Shown: positions 1 to 8,140 of the stretch, piece after piece
Position numbering within the stretch: position 1 is the stretch's first letter
How the letters are laid out: each line of letters begins with the position of its first letter
Origin: Candidatus Thorarchaeota archaeon
Lineage (GTDB): Archaea; Asgardarchaeota; Thorarchaeia; Thorarchaeales; Thorarchaeaceae
Reading direction: 5' to 3'
NCBI GenBank assembly: GCA_046758445.1
Contig: JBHIAE010000071.1
Location: forward strand, 1-12,959
Length of the DNA: 12,959 nucleotides
Program-made: the position numbers and the translations under genes
Notes under the pieces: generated by a model
The model's database searches: none
Seen by the model: the letters and a program-made list of their open reading frames with translations, nothing else
What the model was told of the DNA's origin: nothing

Positions 1-459
1 GGACCTCTTGAGGACCTTGCTGAAGAGTACCAGCAGAAATGGGACAGGTATCTTAGCGATTCAAGATACGTGCTTTTGGATGAATGCAAGGAAACCCTAG
101 AAGAACTTCATAGGAGAGAAATCAAGCTGGGCATCGCATCGAACCGGTTTGGAAACCCCAGTCCATTCCTCAAGAGCGACTCAATACTGTCCCTCATGGA
201 TTCTGTTGAATATACGGCGGTTCCGGGCTACAAGAAACCCTCTCCATTCATGCTTCTGAAGGTGGCAGACGACCTTGGTATCAATCCTCGACGGTGCGTG
301 TACGTGGGCAACTATGTGCAATATGATGTAGAGGCGGCGATTCGCGCCGAGATGAAACCAATCCTGATTACATGGTGCAATCCGGAGGAGAAGGACAATG
401 CACCTCCTGATACGTTGATAATTGACCACATTCGAGAACTGCTCGACCTCTTGAAGTAG
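1..459 (+). CDS. HAD-superfamily hydrolase (phosphoglycolate phosphatase-like, family IA), 5'-truncated by the window edge
   Basis: Frame is open from base 1 (GPLEDLAEEYQQKWDRYLSDSRYVLLDECK...). It carries HAD motif II (LGIASN), motif III (GYKKPSP) and motif IV-like (VYVGNYVQYDVEAA), plus a typical C-terminus (PDTLIIDHIRELLDLL). Motif I lies outside the window. Confidence 0.85.
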   Translation, partial: GPLEDLAEEYQQKWDRYLSDSRYVLLDECKETLEELHRREIKLGIASNRFGNPSPFLKSDSILSLMDSVEYTAVPGYKKPSPFMLLKVADDLGINPRRCVYVGNYVQYDVEAAIRAEMKPILITWCNPEEKDNAPPDTLIIDHIRELLDLLK

Positions 460-514
460 TGAGGTATTGATGACCACAATGCTAATGCGTTTCTAGGTGA
501 GCAGATTCTTGTCT

Positions 515-1270
515 ATGAAGTTCAGGCTGCTTAGCATTCTCCTGTCAGTCACAATCTTGGCTTCGACTATCAACGCTGTGCCTATACGTGCCCAGACAAA
601 TCATAGTCTTCAGTGGGGTGTAGAGGTTGGCTATGAGGCCAGGTACGTTCTTCAAAGGAAGGTATTGGACCCTTCATTCGGGTCCTACCTAACTGACTAC
701 GCACCATTCATTGCCGGGTTGGACGTAGGACAGAGTCTGATTGCACTGGTAACTCATCTAGATCCCATCCCTGCTATGATCAATGAGTCGTCGCAAATGC
801 CGCGTTCCAACTGCACCCTCATACGAATGAATGATTCACAAGTGATCATGGAGGACATGTTCATGCTCGTGGTGCCCGTTGGCGACTGGGATTTCACTTC
901 AGAGATGAGCAACTTTAGCTTCTTTGAGGGCGCGTCCATTGTGGAAACAGATGATGAGTGGGGTACTGTGATTGATACGACTTTCGTCTTTGCACTGTTC
1001 CCTGTGAGCGTCTACATGGAGATGTTCTACGAGAAGACCAATGGTACTATGAAGAACATGCGCATGCGTGTCAACTTTGCTGGGAATGATATCATAGATC
1101 TCGTGTTTGCCAAGTGGTATCCAGGCATTCCCCTAATCCTACCCGGAGAGATTCAGCTCGGAACTATTATCGCAGTTGCTCTTATGGGAGTCGTTGGTAC
1201 TGTGTTAACACTCTTCGGCTATCGCAGATACAAGAAGAGGAAAGCTCTCCCACAAGAGTCCGGAGGGTGA
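515..1270 (+). CDS. Secreted, C-terminally membrane-anchored hypothetical (cell-surface) protein
   Basis: N-terminal signal peptide MKFRLLSILLSVTILASTINAVPIRA-Q (ATG 515; alternative GTG 497). C-terminal hydrophobic helix IQLGTIIAVALMGVVGTVLTLFGY followed by a basic stop-transfer tail RRYKKRK. No catalytic family recognised. Confidence 0.75.
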   Translation: MKFRLLSILLSVTILASTINAVPIRAQTNHSLQWGVEVGYEARYVLQRKVLDPSFGSYLTDYAPFIAGLDVGQSLIALVTHLDPIPAMINESSQMPRSNCTLIRMNDSQVIMEDMFMLVVPVGDWDFTSEMSNFSFFEGASIVETDDEWGTVIDTTFVFALFPVSVYMEMFYEKTNGTMKNMRMRVNFAGNDIIDLVFAKWYPGIPLILPGEIQLGTIIAVALMGVVGTVLTLFGYRRYKKRKALPQESGG

Positions 1271-1275
1271 TACTC

Positions 1276-1623
1276 TTGAAGAAAGAGATAGATGCAACCA
1301 GAAGAGTCGAATGTGGTTTTGGTGGGACTAGTGTGACTGTCCAAGTGGGAGAGAAGTTCTACTACGAGTTTCATAGACATGGTTCCGCTGGAGAGGATTC
1401 AGAGTTCGAGATCAGCGACAATACGGTCATAATGCATGAGAGGACAGAGAGCGAGTATCTGCATCCAGAGAGGATGAAGCCTGGACGGACTGGTAGGGAT
1501 GCAGAGCTCTGCAAGTGGTTCTTCAAGGCACTAAGGCCAGGCAAAGCCACACTCACCGTTCGAACAATGTATCGGTTTGAAATGAAAGATGAGTGCAGAA
1601 TCGATGTCACCGTCGTCTTCTAG
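1276..1623 (+). CDS. Small beta-rich protein, probable divergent chagasin/inhibitor I42-like Ig-fold protein
   Basis: GGAGGG (1262-1267) lies 8 nt before TTG 1276; the alternative GTG 1267 overlaps the upstream TGA. The pattern VTVQVGEKF...G..G.....W.FKALRPGKATL....YR......I.VTV resembles I42 domains. The first ~50 aa of the track ORF (1114) are only overlap with the upstream gene. Confidence 0.5.
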   Translation: MKKEIDATRRVECGFGGTSVTVQVGEKFYYEFHRHGSAGEDSEFEISDNTVIMHERTESEYLHPERMKPGRTGRDAELCKWFFKALRPGKATLTVRTMYRFEMKDECRIDVTVVF

Positions 1624-2246
1624 CCAAGAAACGAATTCTTGATTTCACTGTAGGACTTGTAGCTGAAGGGGCAGACCCTGACACAGACTGTGCAGCCATA
1701 GTACTCCATAAAGCATGGAAGACACTTCTCATTCACAATCTGCGTCACGAGACCATTCTCGTGCTCGACCGGCCTCTCAAGTATTGCTCCAGCGGGACAG
1801 TCCCTGACACACCAACTGCATGCATCACAAAAGTCCGCGACCCAGGAGTGCTCGTCCCTCTCAGCTATTGGCAATCTCTGGATGCTTGTGAGGACAGCTG
1901 CGAGCCTGGCCCTTGACCCAAATTCAGGAGTAATGATCAGACCATTCCGACCCAGCCATCCGATGCCAGCCATTTGTGCGAGAGGTGGATATAGAAGTAT
2001 CCCACCCAGCGGGTGTCCAGCCTGTACACCGTAACCATTTGATTTGAGGAAGTCTGCAATCCTATTGGCGTCTATCCCAAGATTGTCATATGCGTTCATG
2101 ATCATGTGCATGGTTTCGGAACTGGGAGCCATAGCAATCCTCTCTTGGTCCATCTCCATTGCCAACACTATTGCGTTGTCGTAGACGACACCCATTCCTT
2201 GGAAGATGATTCTCCTAGGGAGTTTCACGAACCCAATGGGACTCAC
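1620..2246 (-). CDS. 4Fe-4S dicluster protein of the epoxyqueuosine reductase (QueG)/reductive dehalogenase-like superfamily, apparently N-terminally short
   Basis: Motifs AGIGWLGRNGLIITPEFGSRARLAAVLT, FCDACSWCVRDCPAGAI and CLPCF-x4-GCTVCVRVCPF. The start is uncertain: GTG 2246 (VSPIGFVKLP, preceded by AAGGGTG) is preferred over the track start 2324. Confidence 0.75.
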   Translation of the reverse strand: MSPIGFVKLPRRIIFQGMGVVYDNAIVLAMEMDQERIAMAPSSETMHMIMNAYDNLGIDANRIADFLKSNGYGVQAGHPLGGILLYPPLAQMAGIGWLGRNGLIITPEFGSRARLAAVLTSIQRLPIAERDEHSWVADFCDACSWCVRDCPAGAILERPVEHENGLVTQIVNEKCLPCFMEYYGCTVCVRVCPFSYKSYSEIKNSFLG

Positions 2247-2997
2247 ACAAATCGACACCCTTCGAGCCCCAGACAAAGGTGTAGCCAGCTGAGTAGTCCA
2301 ACTGTTCACCTCTTTCGTAGACAAGTCTTAGCTCTCGAAGCCCCCGTTGATAGTCTTCCTCACCTATCTTGTGAAGCATAGAATATCCCATTCTCGAAAC
2401 CGTGTTCAGATAGTCCTCACCAAGAATGATGGGCGTGAATTTGAATGAGTTTGACCAGACCTCATTGAATCCACTGTTTGACATGCCTTGCTCAATCATC
2501 GGAATGTCAGGGTATCTGGCTTTGTCAACCTCAACAGTGGCAGGAAAGAACCGTGATGTCATCCTCTGCTCAATTTGCTCATGGGACTGAGTGACAACAC
2601 AGAGATGGCCACCAGGCTTTAGTACCCGCTGCATCTCCTGTAGTGCCAATTCCAAGCTCGACAAGTGATGAACTACCTCTGTCATGAACAGAATGTCGAA
2701 CAGCCCTGCAGGGAAGGGTATCGACTCTGCAAATGCTTGCACAAACTCAACCTCGGGGGCCTTTCTTACAGCCTCTACGAGCATTCCGAAGGAAGGATCC
2801 AGCCCATACATTCTTGCCCCAGTGGCTTGCTGAAACAGAAGTGTGTTGTTTCCCGTTCCGCATCCCACATCCAGGACCCTAGAGTCCGAGGATGGAGTCT
2901 TCACTTGAAGAATGTAGTAGACCATCTCGGGCTCACCCTCGCGGATTTGATCGTAGATCTTCGACACAGTATCGTAATCGATGGTCTTCTCGTTCAA
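2215..2997 (-). CDS. Class I SAM-dependent methyltransferase (Methyltransf_11/UbiE-like)
   Basis: Motif I VLDVGCGTG, GLDPSFGML, AESIPFPAGLFDIL, VVHH and RVLKPGG. TTG start with GGAG just upstream. Confidence 0.9.
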   Translation of the reverse strand: MNEKTIDYDTVSKIYDQIREGEPEMVYYILQVKTPSSDSRVLDVGCGTGNNTLLFQQATGARMYGLDPSFGMLVEAVRKAPEVEFVQAFAESIPFPAGLFDILFMTEVVHHLSSLELALQEMQRVLKPGGHLCVVTQSHEQIEQRMTSRFFPATVEVDKARYPDIPMIEQGMSNSGFNEVWSNSFKFTPIILGEDYLNTVSRMGYSMLHKIGEEDYQRGLRELRLVYERGEQLDYSAGYTFVWGSKGVDLCESHWVRETP

Positions 2998-3324
2998 ACG
3001 ACTCCACTAGTTGGGAAACTGCCAGACTGACATTTCAAGGCCTTGGTTGGATTTGCGTAACCACTGTTAGTCACAGTACCTTGATGCGTATCGCGTTCGT
3101 CTTATGGATAGTGCCAGTCTTCTTTGTGACATTCTTCTATGTGACGTTCTACATCCTTGGTTCATAGCAGATTCAGGATTCTCCACTGGCACTGCACTAG
3201 CTAGTGTGTGATGAGACTGTGGGGTTCTTTGGCTGAAAATCCAGGACGAGTCATTCGCTCACTGGTCGGTCTGTCTTGCAGGATTGAGCCAACCTCTAGA
3301 TGCAGAAGCTATTCCATTGATGCT

Positions 3325-3576
3325 TTAACTTCGTTTCTTGCGCTCGCGATCGTAGGATTCCCAGCTGTCAGCCGCTGAGGAAGCACCTCTTGACCTGAGC
3401 TCTGTAAGAACATACTCTCGAATCTCAGAACTTTCTATGGTTTCCTCAGTGCGAGAAGACAGAGAACTTGCAATCTCGCGGGCCGTGTCATAAGGGGCAC
3501 CGCTCCTGACAGCACTAACAACTACCTTCTCTGGCATGAATATCTCAGTTGATCCATCTCGTTTCTTGACTTCCAT
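3325..3576 (-). CDS. Stand-alone ATP-cone domain protein (83 aa)
   Basis: MEVKKRDGSTEIFMPEKV matches the ATP-cone signature V.KRDG..E.F...K; later IESSEIREYVLTEL. GGAGG lies 7 nt upstream of ATG 3576, so the track start 3615 is probably too long. Confidence 0.85.
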   Translation of the reverse strand: MEVKKRDGSTEIFMPEKVVVSAVRSGAPYDTAREIASSLSSRTEETIESSEIREYVLTELRSRGASSAADSWESYDRERKKRS

Positions 3577-3704
3577 CTCTTTGCCTCCTAGAAGGACAAT
3601 TGATGTTCTCCTCATTCAAGATAAGCTTGGTGGACATCAGATGCCGGACTTCTGGATCCAGTGTGTGGTACTAGGAAACAATCAGAAATCACAATGACTT
3701 GTAG

Positions 3705-4787
3705 CTATATCTTAGCCGTGCTTCTTTTAACAAGGTCCGCCATCACAACTGCGGTCAGACCTTCGACGGCTGGCATGGCTCTAGGGACTATGCATGGATC
3801 ATGCCTACCTCTTATCTCAAGAGTTGTTTCCTCCATCTTCACCACATCCACTGTACGTTGGGGTCTTGAAATACTAGGAGTCGGTTTGATGGCCAATCTA
3901 AACACCACCGGGGCCCCACTTGTGATGCCGCCTAGAACACCTCCAGCATTGTTTTGAGTCCAAGTGACTTTTCCATCCTCAATGACAAGAGGGTCGTTGT
4001 TCTCTGACCCGCGTAGCGCTGCGCCTCTGAAGCCAGACCCAAACTCTATTCCTTTGACTGCCGGAATACTAAACATGGCATGACTGACGACGCTCTCCAC
4101 TGAATCAAAGATTGGCTCTCCAATTCCAGCTGGAGTCCCAATGATGCGACACTCGATGACGCCACCAATAGAGTCGCCTTCCTGATTCACACGCTCTATC
4201 ACGGCCTTCATCCTTTCTACAGCCTCTATGTCCCCACTGCGAACCGGATTAGAGTAGACGTTGGACCTTATCTCGTCATCAGTGAGGTTTCTCTCAACAC
4301 TCACGTTCCCGATTTGTAGAACATGAGCAAGCACGTCGATGCCTCTTTCCTTCAGCAGTTGGCGTGCGATGCTTCCGCCCATGACCATTGCAGCAGTCAG
4401 TCTCCCTGAGAGAAAGCCGCCTCCACGATAGTCATTATAACCCCTGTACTTGACTCTAGCAGTGTAGTCCGCATGTCCTGGACGAGGGGTGTCCTTCATC
4501 TCCTCATATGATGATGAGTCTACGTTTCTATTGTGTATCGTCATCACCAACGGAGCGCCTGTCGTCTTTCCTTTGAAGACGCCACTTCGTATCTCAAAGA
4601 CATCAGATTCAGACCGAGGAGAAACAAGGGTCCCAGTTCCAGGTCGTCGTCGATTGAGTTCTGTCTGTATCTGAGCCATATCAATCTCAAGTCCGGGTGG
4701 GCAGCCCTCAACGACTACTCCAATACCTTCACCATGGCTCTCTCCGAATACCTGTATCTTGAAGTCCTTTCCAAACGTGAATGTCAT
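3705..4787 (-). CDS. aroC: Chorismate synthase
   Basis: FGESHG, RRRPG, PRPGHAD, RGGGFLSGRLTA, SIPAVKGIEFG, NNAGGVLGGIT, KPTPSI, RGRHDPC. GGAGG RBS and ATGA overlap with the aroA stop. Confidence 0.98.
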   Translation of the reverse strand: MTFTFGKDFKIQVFGESHGEGIGVVVEGCPPGLEIDMAQIQTELNRRRPGTGTLVSPRSESDVFEIRSGVFKGKTTGAPLVMTIHNRNVDSSSYEEMKDTPRPGHADYTARVKYRGYNDYRGGGFLSGRLTAAMVMGGSIARQLLKERGIDVLAHVLQIGNVSVERNLTDDEIRSNVYSNPVRSGDIEAVERMKAVIERVNQEGDSIGGVIECRIIGTPAGIGEPIFDSVESVVSHAMFSIPAVKGIEFGSGFRGAALRGSENNDPLVIEDGKVTWTQNNAGGVLGGITSGAPVVFRLAIKPTPSISRPQRTVDVVKMEETTLEIRGRHDPCIVPRAMPAVEGLTAVVMADLVKRSTAKI

Positions 4788-6082
4788 GTAATTCCTCCAG
4801 AATCATTCTCTTGGAGCCTCACCAGAGCTCCGATTGACTGTAAGTCCCTCATGAAGCCGGGGTAACTCTTCTTCACACACTCAATGTTCTCAACTATTGT
4901 CGGACCATCTGCCACGAGTCCTGCTATCACACAGGACATAGCTATGCGATGATCATCATGTGAGTCAAGGACAGCCCCATGGAGGGGAGTTGGACCACCT
5001 ACAACTAGACCGTCCTTTGATTCGTTTATTCTTGCACCCATCTTTCTCAACTCTTGAGATGTCGATGCTATTCTGTCACTCTCTTTGAGCCTTAGTCGTC
5101 CTGCATTGTATATCGATGTGGTACCTCTGGCCTGTGTTGCCAGAACGGTCAGCACGGGCACAAGGTCAGGGATATCAGATGCATCAATGTCAATGGCCTG
5201 AAGCTCATCGCTCTTGATTGCGAAACCCTCGCCCCCGGATCTAACTGATGATTCCATCGATTCGAGAAGATCTACGATAGCAGCATCTCCCTGAACAGAA
5301 TCAGTACGAAGTCCAGTCACGCTCACTCCTCCTGCGAGAGCTCCTGCAGCCATCAAGAAAGCAGCAGAAGAGAAATCGCCTTCGATAACGTATTCCTGCG
5401 GCCGGTATTCTTGACTGCCTTGGACCGTGAAATAGCTCCAGTCGCCTGATGGGACAGCTGCAACGCCAAACTGTTGCATAATTCCTAGAGTCATCTCAAC
5501 GTAAGGACGAGACTCTAGTCGCGTAGTCAGTTCAATCCTCGAGTCACCTTTGGCTCTTGAGCATGCGAATAGAAGTCCAGTTATGTACTGTGATGTCACA
5601 TCGCCGCGAATACTAGTCTTGCCACCCGTTAGACCTCGACCATGTATCTCTACGGGGGGTCTATCATTCCCATTTACAGATTTGGCATCTACGCCGAGCT
5701 TGCAGAGAGCTTCCAATAGATCACCCATCGGTCTTCTACGCAGGGTGTCATCACCCGTGAGCAGACATGTACCACTTGTGAGAGATGATAATGCAGTGAA
5801 GATCCTGAGAGTTGTGCCTGATCCGTGACAATCTATCTCTGACGGTGGTGCCTTGAGTTCGGATGGGCCGGTAATCTCTATGTCATCCTTCATATTCACG
5901 TCAGCACCCATCATCCTGGAAACTCGAAGTGTGATTTCGGTATCGTCGCTGAAGAGAGGGTCTCGAATTCTCGTGGTTCCACTTGAAAGGAGACCGCACA
6001 CAATAGCCCTGTGCGTGTAGCTCTTCGAGGGAGGTGCTGCCACAGATCCATCGATGACAGACCGATGAACTACGGCTCTCAG
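4784..6082 (-). CDS. aroA: 3-phosphoshikimate 1-carboxyvinyltransferase (EPSP synthase); probable CTG start at 6082
   Basis: PPSKSYTHRA, GSGTTLR, RPM, SQYITGLL, SRPYVEMT, EGDFSSA, PDL, RLKESDR, DDHRIAM, KSYPGF. The frame stays open upstream of GTG 6043 and encodes the expected first strand (L)RAVVHRSVIDGSVAAPPSKS from CTG 6082. Confidence 0.97.
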   Translation of the reverse strand: MRAVVHRSVIDGSVAAPPSKSYTHRAIVCGLLSSGTTRIRDPLFSDDTEITLRVSRMMGADVNMKDDIEITGPSELKAPPSEIDCHGSGTTLRIFTALSSLTSGTCLLTGDDTLRRRPMGDLLEALCKLGVDAKSVNGNDRPPVEIHGRGLTGGKTSIRGDVTSQYITGLLFACSRAKGDSRIELTTRLESRPYVEMTLGIMQQFGVAAVPSGDWSYFTVQGSQEYRPQEYVIEGDFSSAAFLMAAGALAGGVSVTGLRTDSVQGDAAIVDLLESMESSVRSGGEGFAIKSDELQAIDIDASDIPDLVPVLTVLATQARGTTSIYNAGRLRLKESDRIASTSQELRKMGARINESKDGLVVGGPTPLHGAVLDSHDDHRIAMSCVIAGLVADGPTIVENIECVKKSYPGFMRDLQSIGALVRLQENDSGGIT

Positions 6083-6603
6083 AGATTCAACCTCCTGATG
6101 ATTTCCTTGACAGCCTCATCGACGGTGAGTGCGTCTGTGTCTATCTCGATGTCCATTGCGTCTGAATACGTTGCTTCTCTTTCGGCGAGAAGTGCTGCAA
6201 CTCTTTGCTCGAGGTCTTCAGCCTTTTCGTTCAAGAGCGGACGAATTGCGTTAGAGGAGGTTCTGGAGAGTATAGTCTCAATGGAAGACGTTAGGAGAAC
6301 TACTGCAGAATTCTCCTTCACTAAGGCAGAGCTCGAAGGATTGAGTAGTGCACCGCCGCCTAGGCTAATCACTGATGATTTGAGTCTGTACACCTCTCTG
6401 ACAACTTCAGCTTCTATCTTCCGGAAGATACCCTCACCATCCTCCGAGAAGATACGTGAGATTGGTTTTCCCGCACGTTCCTCAATAAGAGAGTCGGTGT
6501 CGACAAACTCTCGTTTAAGTGAACTAGCGAGGGCACGTCCTATCGTTGTCTTGCCTGTGCCCATGAAGCCAATCAACGCGACGCTCCTCTTGGCAATCGT
6601 CAT
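6079..6603 (-). CDS. aroK: Shikimate kinase, bacterial (NMP-kinase fold) type
   Basis: Walker A LIGFMGTGKTT, FVDTD, IF..DGEGIFRKIE, SLGGG, RPLL, R...Y. ATGA overlap with the aroE stop. Confidence 0.96.
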   Translation of the reverse strand: MTIAKRSVALIGFMGTGKTTIGRALASSLKREFVDTDSLIEERAGKPISRIFSEDGEGIFRKIEAEVVREVYRLKSSVISLGGGALLNPSSSALVKENSAVVLLTSSIETILSRTSSNAIRPLLNEKAEDLEQRVAALLAEREATYSDAMDIEIDTDALTVDEAVKEIIRRLNL

Positions 6604-7451
6604 TCATGTCTTCCCCCTAGCGCCTCAAGTACTGCACCCCTCATGATCTCTATTGGTGGTTCTCTTCCGGTCCATAGCTCAAGGGACGCCGCCCCTTGGT
6701 GGACCAACATTCCTGAACCATCTATGGTTTTGCACCCTGCTTCCTCTGCTTCCTTCAGAAACCGGGTCCTCAGAGGATTGTATACAAGGTCCATGACTAC
6801 GAGTTCCTTTCTGAGAAGAGAGCCTCTCAGCGGAGTGCCGTTTATTGAGTGATCTCTCATGCCTACTGGTGTGCAGTTGACTAGAAGATCCGATTCCTGA
6901 AGCTCGTGCTTCGATGTGGGGAGGGCTCCAACTCGAATCTCTATGTTTCTGCCACGTTCTATGGCAGTCGCCAGCTCCTCCGCTTTGACCTGAGTACGGT
7001 TTAGGATGTCCAGTCTACGAACTCCTGCCTCAGCCAATGCAAAGGCAACGGCCTTTGCGGCACCCCCAGCACCTAGAATCGTTGCCGAGAGACCACGTGG
7101 GTCTACGTCCTGTTCCCTCAGCGCCTCATCAAAGCCTTCGATGTCGGTGTTACAACCTGTGACACCGTCGTCGTTACGGTAGAGCGTGTTCACTGATCCA
7201 ACTGCCAACCCTTCTTCAGAGATTGTCGTTAGGTGTGTCATGACTTCGGTTTTGTACGGAATAGTGATGTTGGCTCCTTCAAGTGCTCCGGTCCTTATGG
7301 ATTCCACTAATGCAGGCAGTTCGTCTTTGAGCAATGGTCTGGCCTCATAGCGGTACTCGTGCTTTAGGTCCATCGCGGCAAGAGATGCATTATGCATTAC
7401 AGGGCTCATAGAGTGACCCAATGGATGCCCAACCACGACAAGCAATTTCAT
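6600..7451 (-). CDS. aroE: Shikimate dehydrogenase
   Basis: GHPLGHSMSPVMHN, GANITIPYK, GSVNT, NTD, GAGGAA, NRT, VNCTPVGM, DLVYNP, GMLVHQG. Confidence 0.98.
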   Translation of the reverse strand: MKLLVVVGHPLGHSMSPVMHNASLAAMDLKHEYRYEARPLLKDELPALVESIRTGALEGANITIPYKTEVMTHLTTISEEGLAVGSVNTLYRNDDGVTGCNTDIEGFDEALREQDVDPRGLSATILGAGGAAKAVAFALAEAGVRRLDILNRTQVKAEELATAIERGRNIEIRVGALPTSKHELQESDLLVNCTPVGMRDHSINGTPLRGSLLRKELVVMDLVYNPLRTRFLKEAEEAGCKTIDGSGMLVHQGAASLELWTGREPPIEIMRGAVLEALGGRHE

Positions 7452-8122
7452 GGCAGAACCTCCAGAATCTTCCTCATCTCTGACAATGATATCTGGCCGG
7501 GGGCAGCCACTTCGCCGTGGTCCTGGGACACGTACATGAAAGGCGCCCCCAAGAAGAGTGCGCAGACCCTTGTGAACCTCCCAAGAGGGCCCATTCCAAA
7601 GGCTATAAGAGGCAGATTCGGCCGATTCTCCTGATCGTAGAGCCGCAATATTCTACGACAGTCGTCCTTGGTCTTAGGAGTTGTCACTAGTTTGATGATG
7701 TCCGGTTTCGCACTGCCAAGGCTGACCACCATACTCAGAAGATCAGCCTCATTGGGTGTCGAATCGTGGTAGTGCTTTGACACGATGAGACCGCATTCCA
7801 TCCTAGATGTCTGTTCTCTTACAAGTTCCAGGTGGGCCGAGTCGGTTTCAATCTCAACATCCACGTAGGATGCGCCTCCGGCCATGGCCATTAGCAGATT
7901 CCTGATACGTTGCTCCTCATTCCCATCAAAGAGTCCACCGTTCTCACGAGATCTACATGTTACAATGATTGGTTTCTCTGTTGCACGATAGATCTCCTCC
8001 AGCCGTTCGATTCGGTCCATGAAGTCCAATCTATGCTCAACCATGTCTGCCTCGGTAGATGACATGAACTCCATGCACTTCTTGGCAGTTCTCTCCGTCA
8101 GAGATACACAGAGCTTCTTCAT
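7448..8122 (-). CDS. aroD: Type I 3-dehydroquinate dehydratase
   Basis: VEHRLDF, IVTCRSRENGG, YVDVE, VSKH, IIKLV (Schiff-base Lys), MGPLGRFTR, AAPGQ. GAGGTGA RBS; ATG 8122 or adjacent GTG 8125. Confidence 0.95.
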   Translation of the reverse strand: MKKLCVSLTERTAKKCMEFMSSTEADMVEHRLDFMDRIERLEEIYRATEKPIIVTCRSRENGGLFDGNEEQRIRNLLMAMAGGASYVDVEIETDSAHLELVREQTSRMECGLIVSKHYHDSTPNEADLLSMVVSLGSAKPDIIKLVTTPKTKDDCRRILRLYDQENRPNLPLIAFGMGPLGRFTRVCALFLGAPFMYVSQDHGEVAAPGQISLSEMRKILEVLP

Positions 8123-8140
8123 CACGTCACCTCATTCTGT

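Noticed and set aside
470-496. Mini-ORF MTTMLMRF* with a GAGGT RBS, in frame with the surface-protein gene across a TAG (possible readthrough)
   Set aside because: The downstream gene has a complete signal peptide from ATG 515, and nothing in the window supports recoding. Likely chance.
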